Positions 55,125-63,325 of a stretch of DNA of 64,000 bases are shown piece after piece. Under the pieces are notes generated by a model. The model worked only from the letters and a program-made list of their open reading frames with translations. It was not told the origin of the DNA and ran no database searches. The stretch lies in the NCBI GenBank assembly GCA_024694365.1, contig JAILJX010000099.1:6250-70249 (forward strand), given 5' to 3'. Origin of the DNA: Kiritimatiellia bacterium (GTDB taxonomy: Bacteria; Verrucomicrobiota; Kiritimatiellia; RFP12; UBA1067). The translations under genes were made by a program, and so were the position numbers. Within the stretch, counting starts at the first letter, position 1. Each line of letters begins with the position of its first letter.

Positions 55125-55673
55125 CTAAGCAATCGGCTCTATATCTTTGAGGCATGGATGCTTCTGGTCCTTGTCCGATAGCGTGATTTCGCACCCGATC
55201 TCCGGCCACTCGATTCCAATCTCTGGATCGTCGAATTTCATTCCTCTATCTGCCTCCGGGCAATACAGGTTATCGCACTTGTAGCTGAACAGCGTATCAT
55301 CCTCCAGCACAAGATAGCCATGCGCGAAGCCTCTGGGTATATAGAACTGCTTGCCGTTTTCCGCGGTCAGCGTCTCCGCTACATACTTTCCGAAGGTCGG
55401 CGAGCCTTTGCGGATGTCGACTGCGACATCCCATACCGCGCCGCGGATAACGCGGACGAGCTTCGCCTGAGTATGTGGCGCCGCTTGCCAATGCAGGCCT
55501 CTTACTACGCCCTTCGACGAACAGCTTTCGTTGTCCTGTACAAAGTCTGCGGTTATCCCCGATGCCTTGTACCTCTCAGCGTTATACGTCTCCACAAAGT
55601 ACCCTCTCCCATCCCTGAAGTACTTCGGGAGTATCACCTTTACATCCGGTATTGCTGTTTCTACTACTTCCAT
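55125..55673 (-). CDS. rmlC: dTDP-4-dehydrorhamnose 3,5-epimerase
   Basis: DGRGYFVETYN..., VVRGLHWQ..., QAKLVRVIRGAVWDVAVDIRKGSPTFGK..., YIPRGFAHGY. Confidence 0.95.
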   Translation of the reverse strand: MEVVETAIPDVKVILPKYFRDGRGYFVETYNAERYKASGITADFVQDNESCSSKGVVRGLHWQAAPHTQAKLVRVIRGAVWDVAVDIRKGSPTFGKYVAETLTAENGKQFYIPRGFAHGYLVLEDDTLFSYKCDNLYCPEADRGMKFDDPEIGIEWPEIGCEITLSDKDQKHPCLKDIEPIA

Positions 55674-55676
55674 ACG

Positions 55677-56075
55677 TCACCCTTGGAGCTGCTCCTTCAG
55701 TTCGGTCGATGATATGTCTGGTGTCCTGGGCAGATAGACGACTTCGCAGAGGTCTTTTAGAAAGTCGAACTTTCCTTTCCAGTCTTCACCCATCACGAAG
55801 ATGTCGATTTTGTTGTCGATTACATCTTGGCGCTTCTGCTCCCATGAATTCTCGAAGAGGACCTTGTCTACGCACTTGAGTGCTCCCACAATTTCCGCCC
55901 GTTGGAGGTCCGGTATGGCGCATTTCTTGTGCTTCTCCACCCAGTTGAACCGGTCGCTGGAGACGACGACTGTGAGAGTCCCGTTCTCGCCGCCCAGAGC
56001 TTTGGCGCGCTGCAAAAGCCTGAGATGTCCAATATGGAATAGGTCAAATGTCCCGTATGTTATTACATTTGCCAT
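55677..56075 (-). CDS. tagD: glycerol-3-phosphate cytidylyltransferase
   Basis: MANVITYGTFDLFHIGHLRLLQRAKALG...NSWEQKRQDVIDNKIDIFVMGEDWKGKFDFLKDLCEVVYLPRT is nearly colinear with B. subtilis TagD. Confidence 0.95.
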   Translation of the reverse strand: MANVITYGTFDLFHIGHLRLLQRAKALGGENGTLTVVVSSDRFNWVEKHKKCAIPDLQRAEIVGALKCVDKVLFENSWEQKRQDVIDNKIDIFVMGEDWKGKFDFLKDLCEVVYLPRTPDISSTELKEQLQG

Positions 56076-56103
56076 GGTTGCTTTCTGCCTATGGCATTTG
56101 GAC

Positions 56104-56343
56104 TCACACTGCTTGGGGCGCGGCGGGCTGCAGACCGTATCTGAACTCCATGTTCAGCGCCCGCGCGATTTTCTGCGCCGAGCCAAATGAAATGTTGACC
56201 GACCCGGTCAACAGTTTTGAGACATAAGGACGGGCGACATTCATGCGCTTTGCAAGTCCGTCATGCGTGAGGTGAAGTTCAGCCATGCGGACTTCAACCT
56301 GCTGCCAGAACGGACGGAGTATTTCGGTTGTTTCTGGACTCAT
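56104..56343 (-). CDS. XRE-family HTH transcriptional regulator (79 aa)
   Basis: LTHDGLAKRMNVARPYVSKLLTGSVNISFGSAQKIARAL is a classic HTH_3 pattern. Confidence 0.8.
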   Translation of the reverse strand: MSPETTEILRPFWQQVEVRMAELHLTHDGLAKRMNVARPYVSKLLTGSVNISFGSAQKIARALNMEFRYGLQPAAPQAV

Positions 56344-56610
56344 ATCATTGCTTCATTGTTTGGATAACTCAAAGCTCTCGCCCCGTCAAGTATTCAGCAC
56401 ACTTGACCTCAATACCCATAACTGCCCTTTTTGACGCGTACAGTCTGGGCGCGTGAACATCCCTTTTTGGGGCATCCGTGAATATAGTAACACTTCATTT
56501 TTCTTGGCCAGCTAAAAATAGGCCGTATTTATTGGGGTTTTTGAATTGTTTGCATCGGAAGCACAGTTTGCTTTTTTGCAGATGGCAAAAAGTCATATTT
56601 TAAATACGCC

Positions 56611-56647
56611 CAAAAAACAGCCTCTTTCCCCTTGTGCGGAAAGAGGC
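56611..56647 (-). terminator. rho-independent terminator after the tyrosine integrase gene
   Basis: 10-bp stem gcctctttcc/ggaaagaggc (56620-56629 / 56638-56647) followed on the minus strand by T6. Confidence 0.7.
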
Positions 56648-56704
56648 AATGTGTTACGTTATTTCTTTTGGCGCAAAATTTGTCGGATGTAACAAGGAAG
56701 ATAC

Positions 56705-57994
56705 TCACACCTGGGCCAATATCGTCTGGCGAAGGTTTTGGTACTCATCCGCGGTTATGAGCCCCTTCACCCGCATTTTCTCGAGCTGCCCCAGGCGGAA
56801 GGCCGCCGTGTGGCGCCTCGCCGGCAAAGCGAAGCCGTTCCCCGCACGGCCCTTCACGGGCGCGAAGCCGGGCGTTACCGTCCCGTCCGGCCCGAAGGTC
56901 GGAACAGCGGACACGGCCTCCCTGAGCGCCGCCTCGTTGGCGTGGTAGTAGTGGCGCGTCATCGAGGTCGACGTATGGCCGACTATGGACTGGACGACCA
57001 CAAGCGGGACCCCCGCGTTCGCGGCGAACGAGACGAACGAGTGCCTGAGCGAGTGGAACGTCGCCTCGGGGGTGGCGCGCTTGCGCCCGTCGAGGTACAC
57101 GCTGGTCTCGATCCGGGCGTCCGAGAATATCTTCGAGAGCGTGCGGCTAAGAATCCACCGCCTCTGTGCGTGCAGAAGCGCGATTCCGGGGAACACCGCC
57201 CCGCTCCTTTCGAGCGACGGGACCGCGAGGAACGCGTCCTGGAGCTGGCGGTGGATAGGGATCGTGACGGGCCGCCCGCCCGAATAGCGCTTCGTCTTGG
57301 CAGGGATGAGCTGTATTATGCCGTGCTGGAGGTCAACATGCTCCCACGTGAGCCTGCAGCAGTCCCCGAGGCGGAGCCCCGTGCAGACGGCGAGAAGGAA
57401 GAGGAGGCGCCATTCCGGGCCTTCCGCCCCCGCCGCGGCCATGAGCCGCCGCACCTCGTCGACGGAAAGCTCGCGCCTCGTATGCCCGTCGTGGGCCCGG
57501 GGCGGGATGTTCTTCCAGGGGTTGTCCTCGATGCCGCGATCCCCAAGGAGCGTCCGGAATATGGCCCGCAGGGTGTATATCCTAAGGTTGCATGTCATTC
57601 CCGCATGGTTAGACTGGTAGAAGGCCAGGTATTCCTCGGCGACGCGGCGCGTGACGCCCTCCGCCACAGTGATTTCGGGGTGGGCCTCGCGGAGCCACAC
57701 CGTGAAATTGAGCCATACGCCGTATTTCATCTTCCTCGTGAAAGGGCTGAGCCTCGCGGCGTCGGCGGAGCACTCGAACCGCTTCCACTCCTTGAAGAGC
57801 GGAACAGTCTCGAGTATCTTCTTATGCCGGCTCTCCATCTCGACGACGAACTGTTCCAGCGACCGTTCGGCCGCTTCGCGGTTCTGCGTCCCCGCCGCCC
57901 GCCTGTAGGTTTTCCCGTTCACCTGGACGCGCATCGTCCAGTTGCCGCTCCTTTCACGTCTGAGCGACCCTCTTCTTGACCGCAGTTCCCACAT
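56705..57994 (-). CDS. tyrosine recombinase / phage integrase with SHOCT-like C-terminal tail
   Basis: Catalytic region ...GLRLGDCCRLTW..., HSLRHSFVSFAANAGVPLVVVQSIVGHTSTSMTRHYYH. An extra roughly 75-aa tail ends LGQLEKMRVKGLITADEYQNLRQTILAQV. AAGGAG lies 6 nt upstream of ATG 57994; the track start 58033 is a TTG. Confidence 0.9.
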   Translation of the reverse strand: MWELRSRRGSLRRERSGNWTMRVQVNGKTYRRAAGTQNREAAERSLEQFVVEMESRHKKILETVPLFKEWKRFECSADAARLSPFTRKMKYGVWLNFTVWLREAHPEITVAEGVTRRVAEEYLAFYQSNHAGMTCNLRIYTLRAIFRTLLGDRGIEDNPWKNIPPRAHDGHTRRELSVDEVRRLMAAAGAEGPEWRLLFLLAVCTGLRLGDCCRLTWEHVDLQHGIIQLIPAKTKRYSGGRPVTIPIHRQLQDAFLAVPSLERSGAVFPGIALLHAQRRWILSRTLSKIFSDARIETSVYLDGRKRATPEATFHSLRHSFVSFAANAGVPLVVVQSIVGHTSTSMTRHYYHANEAALREAVSAVPTFGPDGTVTPGFAPVKGRAGNGFALPARRHTAAFRLGQLEKMRVKGLITADEYQNLRQTILAQV

Positions 57995-58033
57995 GTCTGT
58001 CTCCTTTATCTTGCGTTGTGCCCCATGACGCAA

Positions 58034-58085
58034 CGGAGGCGCCGCGCCTCCGATCTACGGCATTAGGATATGGACATAATGCCGT
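58034..58085. promoter_or_regulatory. two inverted repeats upstream of the integrase gene
   Basis: A 19-nt palindrome cggaggcgc-c-gcgcctccg (58034-58052) and 9-bp arms acggcatta / taatgccgt (58057-58065 / 58077-58085). Function unknown (operator, att-related or structural). Confidence 0.3.
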
Positions 58086-58495
58086 AATCGCAGACAGTTA
58101 TCAAGAAGAAGATATCGAAAAGTTACGTTTCAATTGGCTTCGCCGGAAATGGTGCTTTTTGCGCATCCGTTCGGGATTACGAACACCGGTTCTCCGCCAT
58201 CATGGCCCGAAATGGATGTCAGACCGCAGTAAAAGGCCATGGACCGGAAATTCGACGGATTGAGTATTCCGGAGGGGAGGATGCCCGTGAAAAGGCCGGA
58301 CTGTGCACCTTCGCCTTCATGCAGCCGTCCGCGGATCCAATCCCGCCCCGCCAAGGCCTCCAGCAGCTCGCCCCCTGCGGATTCTTCCGAAATCCGAGAG
58401 TCCTGCAGGCAGTTTGAGTCCGTCCTTTTCCATCGCTTTCGGCCATTGTACCATATTCGCCCGCGATGGCAATCGGCGGCGCGGGCGCGGTTCCG

Positions 58496-60232
58496 TCAGG
58501 ATGCGATTCCTGCAATCCTCTCCTGCTCGTCCCAATCCTCCGTCCCCAGGGCGCAGAGCTTCGAGACGGAGAGGTCCGAAGGGGCCCTCCCCGCGATTAT
58601 CGCGCTCTGGATCGCGGGCGAGAGGGTCGCGAGCCTGAGGCCGCGCATCACTATGTGCGCCTCGGTCCTCGTCTTCCGGGCGAGATCGGTTATGGTCTTC
58701 GCCTCGCCGCGGTCGAGCATCCCCATGTAGACGGCACCGCGGGCGAGGTTGGAGATGAGCGGGTCGCGGAGCATCTCCTCCGGGGTCTTGGGCCGCCCGG
58801 GCTCCGCCGCGTTCTCCTTGCGGACGCCCGTCCCGCTCCCGTTTTTCACGGTCTTGACGGCGAGCGGTATCCTGACGAGGGTGTTGCCGTCGCCGAGGAC
58901 CGTCCCGATTTTCCCCAGCACCGGGGTGAGGCTCCCGAGACGGGAAGTCTCGAGCACCACCTCTATCGACTCGGGGTAGACGGTGGCGCGGACGACGGCC
59001 GCGCGGACGAGGGTGTAGCGCTCGTCCTCCGAGAGCTCGCGCCAGAGAAGCCCGTGCCCGCGGAGCGCCCCGAGGATCCTCGACTGCTCCAGCCCCGTTT
59101 TGAGCGACATGTCCACCGCAAACTCGAGAGACGTCCGGAACGCCGTCTCTATGGCGCTTTCCACCGTGCCCTCGAGGAGCCTCGCCGGGATGTACTTGAC
59201 GGTGCATCCGGAATCGACGGTCTTCGCGTGCCTGCAGCAGGCGTAGTAGGCGTATTGGGTGAGCGATCCGTTCTTGTACGTCCCCCTCTTCGTGAGGCCG
59301 GTTTTGCAGTGCCCGCAGAATGCAAGCTTCGCGAGAAGGGCGTTGTGCCGCATCCTTGGCCGGCCCTTTCCGCCCTCCCCGGCGAGCTCCGCGCGCCTCT
59401 TCTGCACGGCGTCGAAGAGCTCCCTCGCTATTATCGCGTCGTGCTCGCCCTTCACGAGCTCCCCGTCGAGGCATTCGCAAAGCCCGGCATAGCGCGCGTT
59501 CTTGAGGGCGACGGACACCTTCGCCGCGTTCCATTTGGTCCTGCCGCCGGTGAAACCGGATTTGTTGAGGCGTCTCGCGACCTCGACCATGCTTCCGCAG
59601 TCGAGGTACCATTCGAACATCTTCCTGACGTGCGGGGCCGTCGCCGCGTCGACGATCAGCCTCCTCTGGAAGACCCTGTATCCGTAGGGCACCTTCCCGC
59701 CCGGCCAAAGGCCCTTCTTGAGCGTCGCCCCGTACTTGTCCCTGATGCGCTCGCGTATCATGTCGCGCTCGAACTCGGCGAACGAGGCGAGGACCCCGAC
59801 GAGCATCCTCCCCGCCGCGTTCGACGTGTCGATCTGCTGCGTCACCGAGACGAACCCTATGCCATGCTCGCCGAATTCGCCGGAGAGGGTCATGAAGTCC
59901 TTGAGCGATCGCGTGAGACGGTCGAGCTTGTAGGCGATCACGATGTCGAACTTCCCCGCCTTCGCGTCGGCCCTGAGCCTGTCCATCGCCGGGCGCTTCA
60001 GGCTTCCGCCCGAAAAGCCGGGGTCGGAATAGACCTCCGCCGCGACCCAGCCGTTCCCCGCCTGCGCGTTTATGTAGGCGCGGCAGCTGTCCTCCTGCGC
60101 GGCAAGGGAGTTGTACTCCTGGTCGAGACCCATCGTGACCGACTTTCTCGTGTATATCGCGACCCTTACGCAGGGGGCGGAAAGAGAGACGCCCGCCTTG
60201 CGGAAGGCGGGCGCCGTCATCATCGTCTTCAT
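58496..60232 (-). CDS. large serine recombinase
   Basis: VRVAIYTRKSV...RPAMDRLRADAKAGKFDIVIAYKLDRLTRS...FAEFERDMIRERIRDK...GG.VPYGY, and a Cys cluster FCGHCKTG...YYACC. Confidence 0.9.
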   Translation of the reverse strand: MKTMMTAPAFRKAGVSLSAPCVRVAIYTRKSVTMGLDQEYNSLAAQEDSCRAYINAQAGNGWVAAEVYSDPGFSGGSLKRPAMDRLRADAKAGKFDIVIAYKLDRLTRSLKDFMTLSGEFGEHGIGFVSVTQQIDTSNAAGRMLVGVLASFAEFERDMIRERIRDKYGATLKKGLWPGGKVPYGYRVFQRRLIVDAATAPHVRKMFEWYLDCGSMVEVARRLNKSGFTGGRTKWNAAKVSVALKNARYAGLCECLDGELVKGEHDAIIARELFDAVQKRRAELAGEGGKGRPRMRHNALLAKLAFCGHCKTGLTKRGTYKNGSLTQYAYYACCRHAKTVDSGCTVKYIPARLLEGTVESAIETAFRTSLEFAVDMSLKTGLEQSRILGALRGHGLLWRELSEDERYTLVRAAVVRATVYPESIEVVLETSRLGSLTPVLGKIGTVLGDGNTLVRIPLAVKTVKNGSGTGVRKENAAEPGRPKTPEEMLRDPLISNLARGAVYMGMLDRGEAKTITDLARKTRTEAHIVMRGLRLATLSPAIQSAIIAGRAPSDLSVSKLCALGTEDWDEQERIAGIAS

Positions 60233-60245
60233 GCGTTCTTCCTCC

Positions 60246-60692
60246 TCAGTCCTCTATTCCGAAGAAGCGCCTGCCGGAGCAGTGCGTCCCCGTTATCTTC
60301 CTTGCGACCGCAGTCGCGGAGGCGTACGTCTTTCCGTCCTGCCTGTACACGAACCGCCCGTTGCCGTCGGCGGCGATGACGTGCTTCACGCCGCGGTAGA
60401 TGTGGCTCCACGTCTTCCCGGCCCTCGGATATCCGGCTTTCCGCCTTTCGCGGAGCTCCGGATTGAGGACCGGGTCGATCCCGGCGACCGCTTCCAGCAC
60501 GCCCTTCTCCGAATCGGAGAGCGCGAGCCCCGTCCTGACCCCCTGCACCAGGAAGCTCAGGCGGGAGCGCACGTATGCCTCGCTGAGCTTCCCGGCGTGG
60601 CGACCGAGAAGGCTGCGGTACTTTTCGCGCAGCCCTTTAGCGTCCATGGCGGCGATTTCCGCCACCTCGCTTTTGACCGTTTCTTCCATCAT
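60246..60692 (-). CDS. DUF2924-like protein
   Basis: EIAAMDAKGLREKYRSLLG... and C-terminal FVYRQDGKTYASATAVARKITGTHCSGRRFFGI. GGAGAAGGGA lies upstream of ATG 60692. Confidence 0.8.
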   Translation of the reverse strand: MMEETVKSEVAEIAAMDAKGLREKYRSLLGRHAGKLSEAYVRSRLSFLVQGVRTGLALSDSEKGVLEAVAGIDPVLNPELRERRKAGYPRAGKTWSHIYRGVKHVIAADGNGRFVYRQDGKTYASATAVARKITGTHCSGRRFFGIED

Positions 60693-60763
60693 AGTCCCTT
60701 CTCCGCTCGTTACGCGGCATATGTTGCCATAACCATCGCGGGAATAGCAACTGCTATTTTGCG

Positions 60764-62521
60764 TCAAAACGGCATGTCGCCGAAGTCGCCGTCGTCCCCC
60801 TCAGGAACGGGCGCGTCCATCGCGGGAAGCCCCCCGAGCTCGCATGCGACGATCTCCGGGTACCTGTTTCCCGAGACGTGGCGCATCGTTATCGCCTTCG
60901 TCTCGCGGACGAGCCCCATGAAGAAGCATTCGCACGCGTCCTCGGCCGTTTCGGGGACGGGGCAGCCCGGGTCGGCGTGCTCCCGCCACCAGCGCTCGAA
61001 CCTGGATCTCGCGTAGCCGGTGTGCTCCGGGCATATCCACTCGGAATACTCGTCGCAGGCGAAGTCCACGTACGACGCCCCGCTCTCCATGTCGTCCGGC
61101 GGGCACGTGTACGTGACGCGCACGGTCTTCGGTGCGCCGGGCGCGGCGCCGCGCTTCGTCCACACCATGAACTCGGTCTTCGCGACCCTGCGGGTCGTGA
61201 CGGACACTTCGCCGGAGAGGATCGCCGCGTTGTCCGCGTGCGCCTCGTGGATGCGCTTTCCGCGCTCGACGGGGAACTCGCAGCCGCACTCGGGGCAGAG
61301 CGCCGTCGAGATGGCGACGTACCGTCCGCACCGCGGGCATTCCCGGACCAGCGCTCCGCCCTCGCCGGAGCCGCCCGTCCTGGGCTCCCCGGCGCGGATC
61401 GCGTCGATCGGGCCGAAGCGCTCAACGTTCTTACCGAAGTCGAGGACGAGGCACTCGGTCTTCCCGGTCTCCGGGGAGAGCCTGAAGCCCCGCCCCACCA
61501 TCTGGACGAAAAGCCCCGCCGAGGCGGTCGGCCTCAGAAGCGCGATCGTGTCGAGGCGGCGGATGTTCGTCCCGGTCGTGAGAACGGACACGTTGCAGCA
61601 GTATTTGAGCGGAGGGAGCGGGTTACCGAAGAGGTCCGCCGCGCTCTCGCCCTTCATCCTGGAGATCACGAGCTCGCGCTCCTCCGACGGGGTGTCGCCG
61701 GTCACGACGGCGCACTCCTCGCCCGAGAACCCGGAGATGAGCTCCGCCACCCTCCTGCAGTGCGCGACCGACGTGCAGAAGACGAGGCACGCCTTGCGGT
61801 CCCTGGTCATCTCCACGATCTCGCGGCAGGCGGAGGTCACGATGCGCTCTTCGCCCATGGCCCTTTCGACGTCTTCGGCGACGAACTCACCCGCCCTCAT
61901 GTGCAGGTGGCCGAGGTCCGCGCGCGCGGAGCCGGCGTGGGCCGATATCCTCGAGATGTAGCCCCTCTCGATGAGATCCCTCACGTTCACCTCGTGGCAG
62001 ATCTCGTTGAAGAGGTTCTCGGGCCTGCAGATGAGACCTCCCTGCGTGCGGTAAGGCGTAGCCGTCCATCCGACCATGCGGATTTTCGGATTCAGGCGCT
62101 CGGCGGCCTGCAGAAAAGTCCTGTACCGCCCCTCCCCGTCGGGAGGGACCATGTGCACCTCGTCGACCATCACGAGGTCGAAGGGCTTGAACAGGTCGAT
62201 GCGCCTGTAGATCGACTGGATTCCGGCGACGATGACGTCCTGCTCCGTGTCCCTGCGCCCGAGCCCCGCGGAGTACACCCCCACGGGGAGTCCCGGGCAG
62301 AGGGCCTCCAGCTCCCTGGCGTTCTGGTCGACGAGCTCCTTCACGTGCGCGAGGACGAGCACGCGGCCGTGCCATTTCGCGACGGCGTCCTTCGCCACCT
62401 GGGCGATGCACACTGATTTCCCGCCCGCCGTCGGTATGACTACGCACGGATTCGTGTCCTTCTCCCTCAGATGTCGGTATACGCTATCGACGGATTCCCT
62501 CTGGTAGTCTCTCAGTTCCAT
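60764..62521 (-). CDS. SF2 DEAD/DEAH-box helicase (phage type) with C-terminal zinc ribbon
   Basis: LRDYQRESV, PTAGGKS (Walker A), MVDEVH (motif II), WTATP, and CPRCGRYVAISTALCPECG. Confidence 0.9.
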   Translation of the reverse strand: MELRDYQRESVDSVYRHLREKDTNPCVVIPTAGGKSVCIAQVAKDAVAKWHGRVLVLAHVKELVDQNARELEALCPGLPVGVYSAGLGRRDTEQDVIVAGIQSIYRRIDLFKPFDLVMVDEVHMVPPDGEGRYRTFLQAAERLNPKIRMVGWTATPYRTQGGLICRPENLFNEICHEVNVRDLIERGYISRISAHAGSARADLGHLHMRAGEFVAEDVERAMGEERIVTSACREIVEMTRDRKACLVFCTSVAHCRRVAELISGFSGEECAVVTGDTPSEERELVISRMKGESAADLFGNPLPPLKYCCNVSVLTTGTNIRRLDTIALLRPTASAGLFVQMVGRGFRLSPETGKTECLVLDFGKNVERFGPIDAIRAGEPRTGGSGEGGALVRECPRCGRYVAISTALCPECGCEFPVERGKRIHEAHADNAAILSGEVSVTTRRVAKTEFMVWTKRGAAPGAPKTVRVTYTCPPDDMESGASYVDFACDEYSEWICPEHTGYARSRFERWWREHADPGCPVPETAEDACECFFMGLVRETKAITMRHVSGNRYPEIVACELGGLPAMDAPVPEGDDGDFGDMPF

Positions 62522-62867
62522 GTTTCCCTTTTTCCTTCAATTCCAGGTGCACGAGCCCGTCGGGGGGCATCGGCTCCAGCATCCGTATGTCGATTCGCTT
62601 TATCTGCGCGTCGTCCCCGATAAGCCCCGCGTGGACAAGCGAGTCCAGAGTGCATTTGAGGACGTTGTCGAGATCCCTCCTCCTCCCGTCGGGCGGATAG
62701 AAGTCCCCGGAGAGCTCCACCCTGCCGGTCAGCTTCGGAAAGCGGCCGGCAAGGCGGGAGACCGCCATCAGCCTGAACCTGCGGCCCTCGCGGCTTATGA
62801 GCACGCGGGGGCCGACATGCCTGTAGTAGCGGTTCACCGACGGAGGCCAGGGGAGCTCGAAGCTCAC
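62484..62867 (-). CDS. rusA: RusA-family Holliday junction resolvase
   Basis: VSFELPWPPSVNRYYRH...YPPDGRRRDLDNVLKCTLDSLVHAGLIGDDAQI is colinear with E. coli RusA (LPWPPSNNRYYRH...PDRRRRDLDN...DDAQV). GTG 62867 overlaps the DUF669 stop (GTGA). It is the only plausible part of the listed 62484..63926 ORF. Confidence 0.85.
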   Translation of the reverse strand: MSFELPWPPSVNRYYRHVGPRVLISREGRRFRLMAVSRLAGRFPKLTGRVELSGDFYPPDGRRRDLDNVLKCTLDSLVHAGLIGDDAQIKRIDIRMLEPMPPDGLVHLELKEKGKHGTERLPEGIRR

Positions 62868-63307
62868 CTCGCCCACGGGGCCGTCTCCTGGGATGAGGCC
62901 TGCGGCGCGGGGGCCGCGGCCTTCCTGGGGGCGACCTTCTTCACGATATTGCGCGTCGCGTCGTTGCGGTCGACCGCGACCGTGACGAGAAGCGGAATGT
63001 TGTGGAGCTGCGCCGTATCGGTGAGCCTTTCTATCCCGGCGGCCCTGCACATCGCCGAGAGCTGCTCGCGGCCTATGCGCTGCGCGTCCGGGCTCGTGCG
63101 GTGCTCGTACGTGAGCCAGGCGAACACCTTGCGGCCCTTGCACTCGCCGGAGACGACCTCGAAGGTGAAGTTGAAGCCCATCCCGTTCCCGGACTTCATG
63201 GCCTTCGCCTCGGAGTCCGTTATGACCGCCTCGTACGTTCCGGGGGGAAGCGCGTCGAAGTCTCTGGTCGGGGTTATCGCGGTGGCGTCGAAGTTTATTT
63301 CCGCCAT
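62864..63307 (-). CDS. DUF669 phage protein
   Basis: MAEINFDATAITPTRDFDALPPGTYEAVITDSEAKAMKSGNGMGFNFTFEVVSGECKGRKVF is the typical DUF669 N-terminal pattern, in its usual position after an AAA_24 ATPase. Confidence 0.8.
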   Translation of the reverse strand: MAEINFDATAITPTRDFDALPPGTYEAVITDSEAKAMKSGNGMGFNFTFEVVSGECKGRKVFAWLTYEHRTSPDAQRIGREQLSAMCRAAGIERLTDTAQLHNIPLLVTVAVDRNDATRNIVKKVAPRKAAAPAPQASSQETAPWAR

Positions 63308-63325
63308 GGTTTTTCTCCTTTTCTT

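Noticed and set aside
58130-58354. 74-aa ORF (and the overlapping 58219..58515 ORF) as real genes
   Set aside because: Both have non-ATG or unsupported starts, overlap each other and show no motifs. The region is kept only as a possible gene fragment in the junction finding.
56738-60379. Long shadow ORFs 56738..57979(+), 58317..59708(-) and 58466..60379(+)
   Set aside because: These Arg/Pro/Gly-rich translations overlap the well-supported integrase and serine recombinase frames.
13745-60692. Reading the two DUF2924/serine-recombinase modules as recent duplicates forming a composite transposon
   Set aside because: The proteins align only at family level with many substitutions, and no long identical DNA was seen between the modules.
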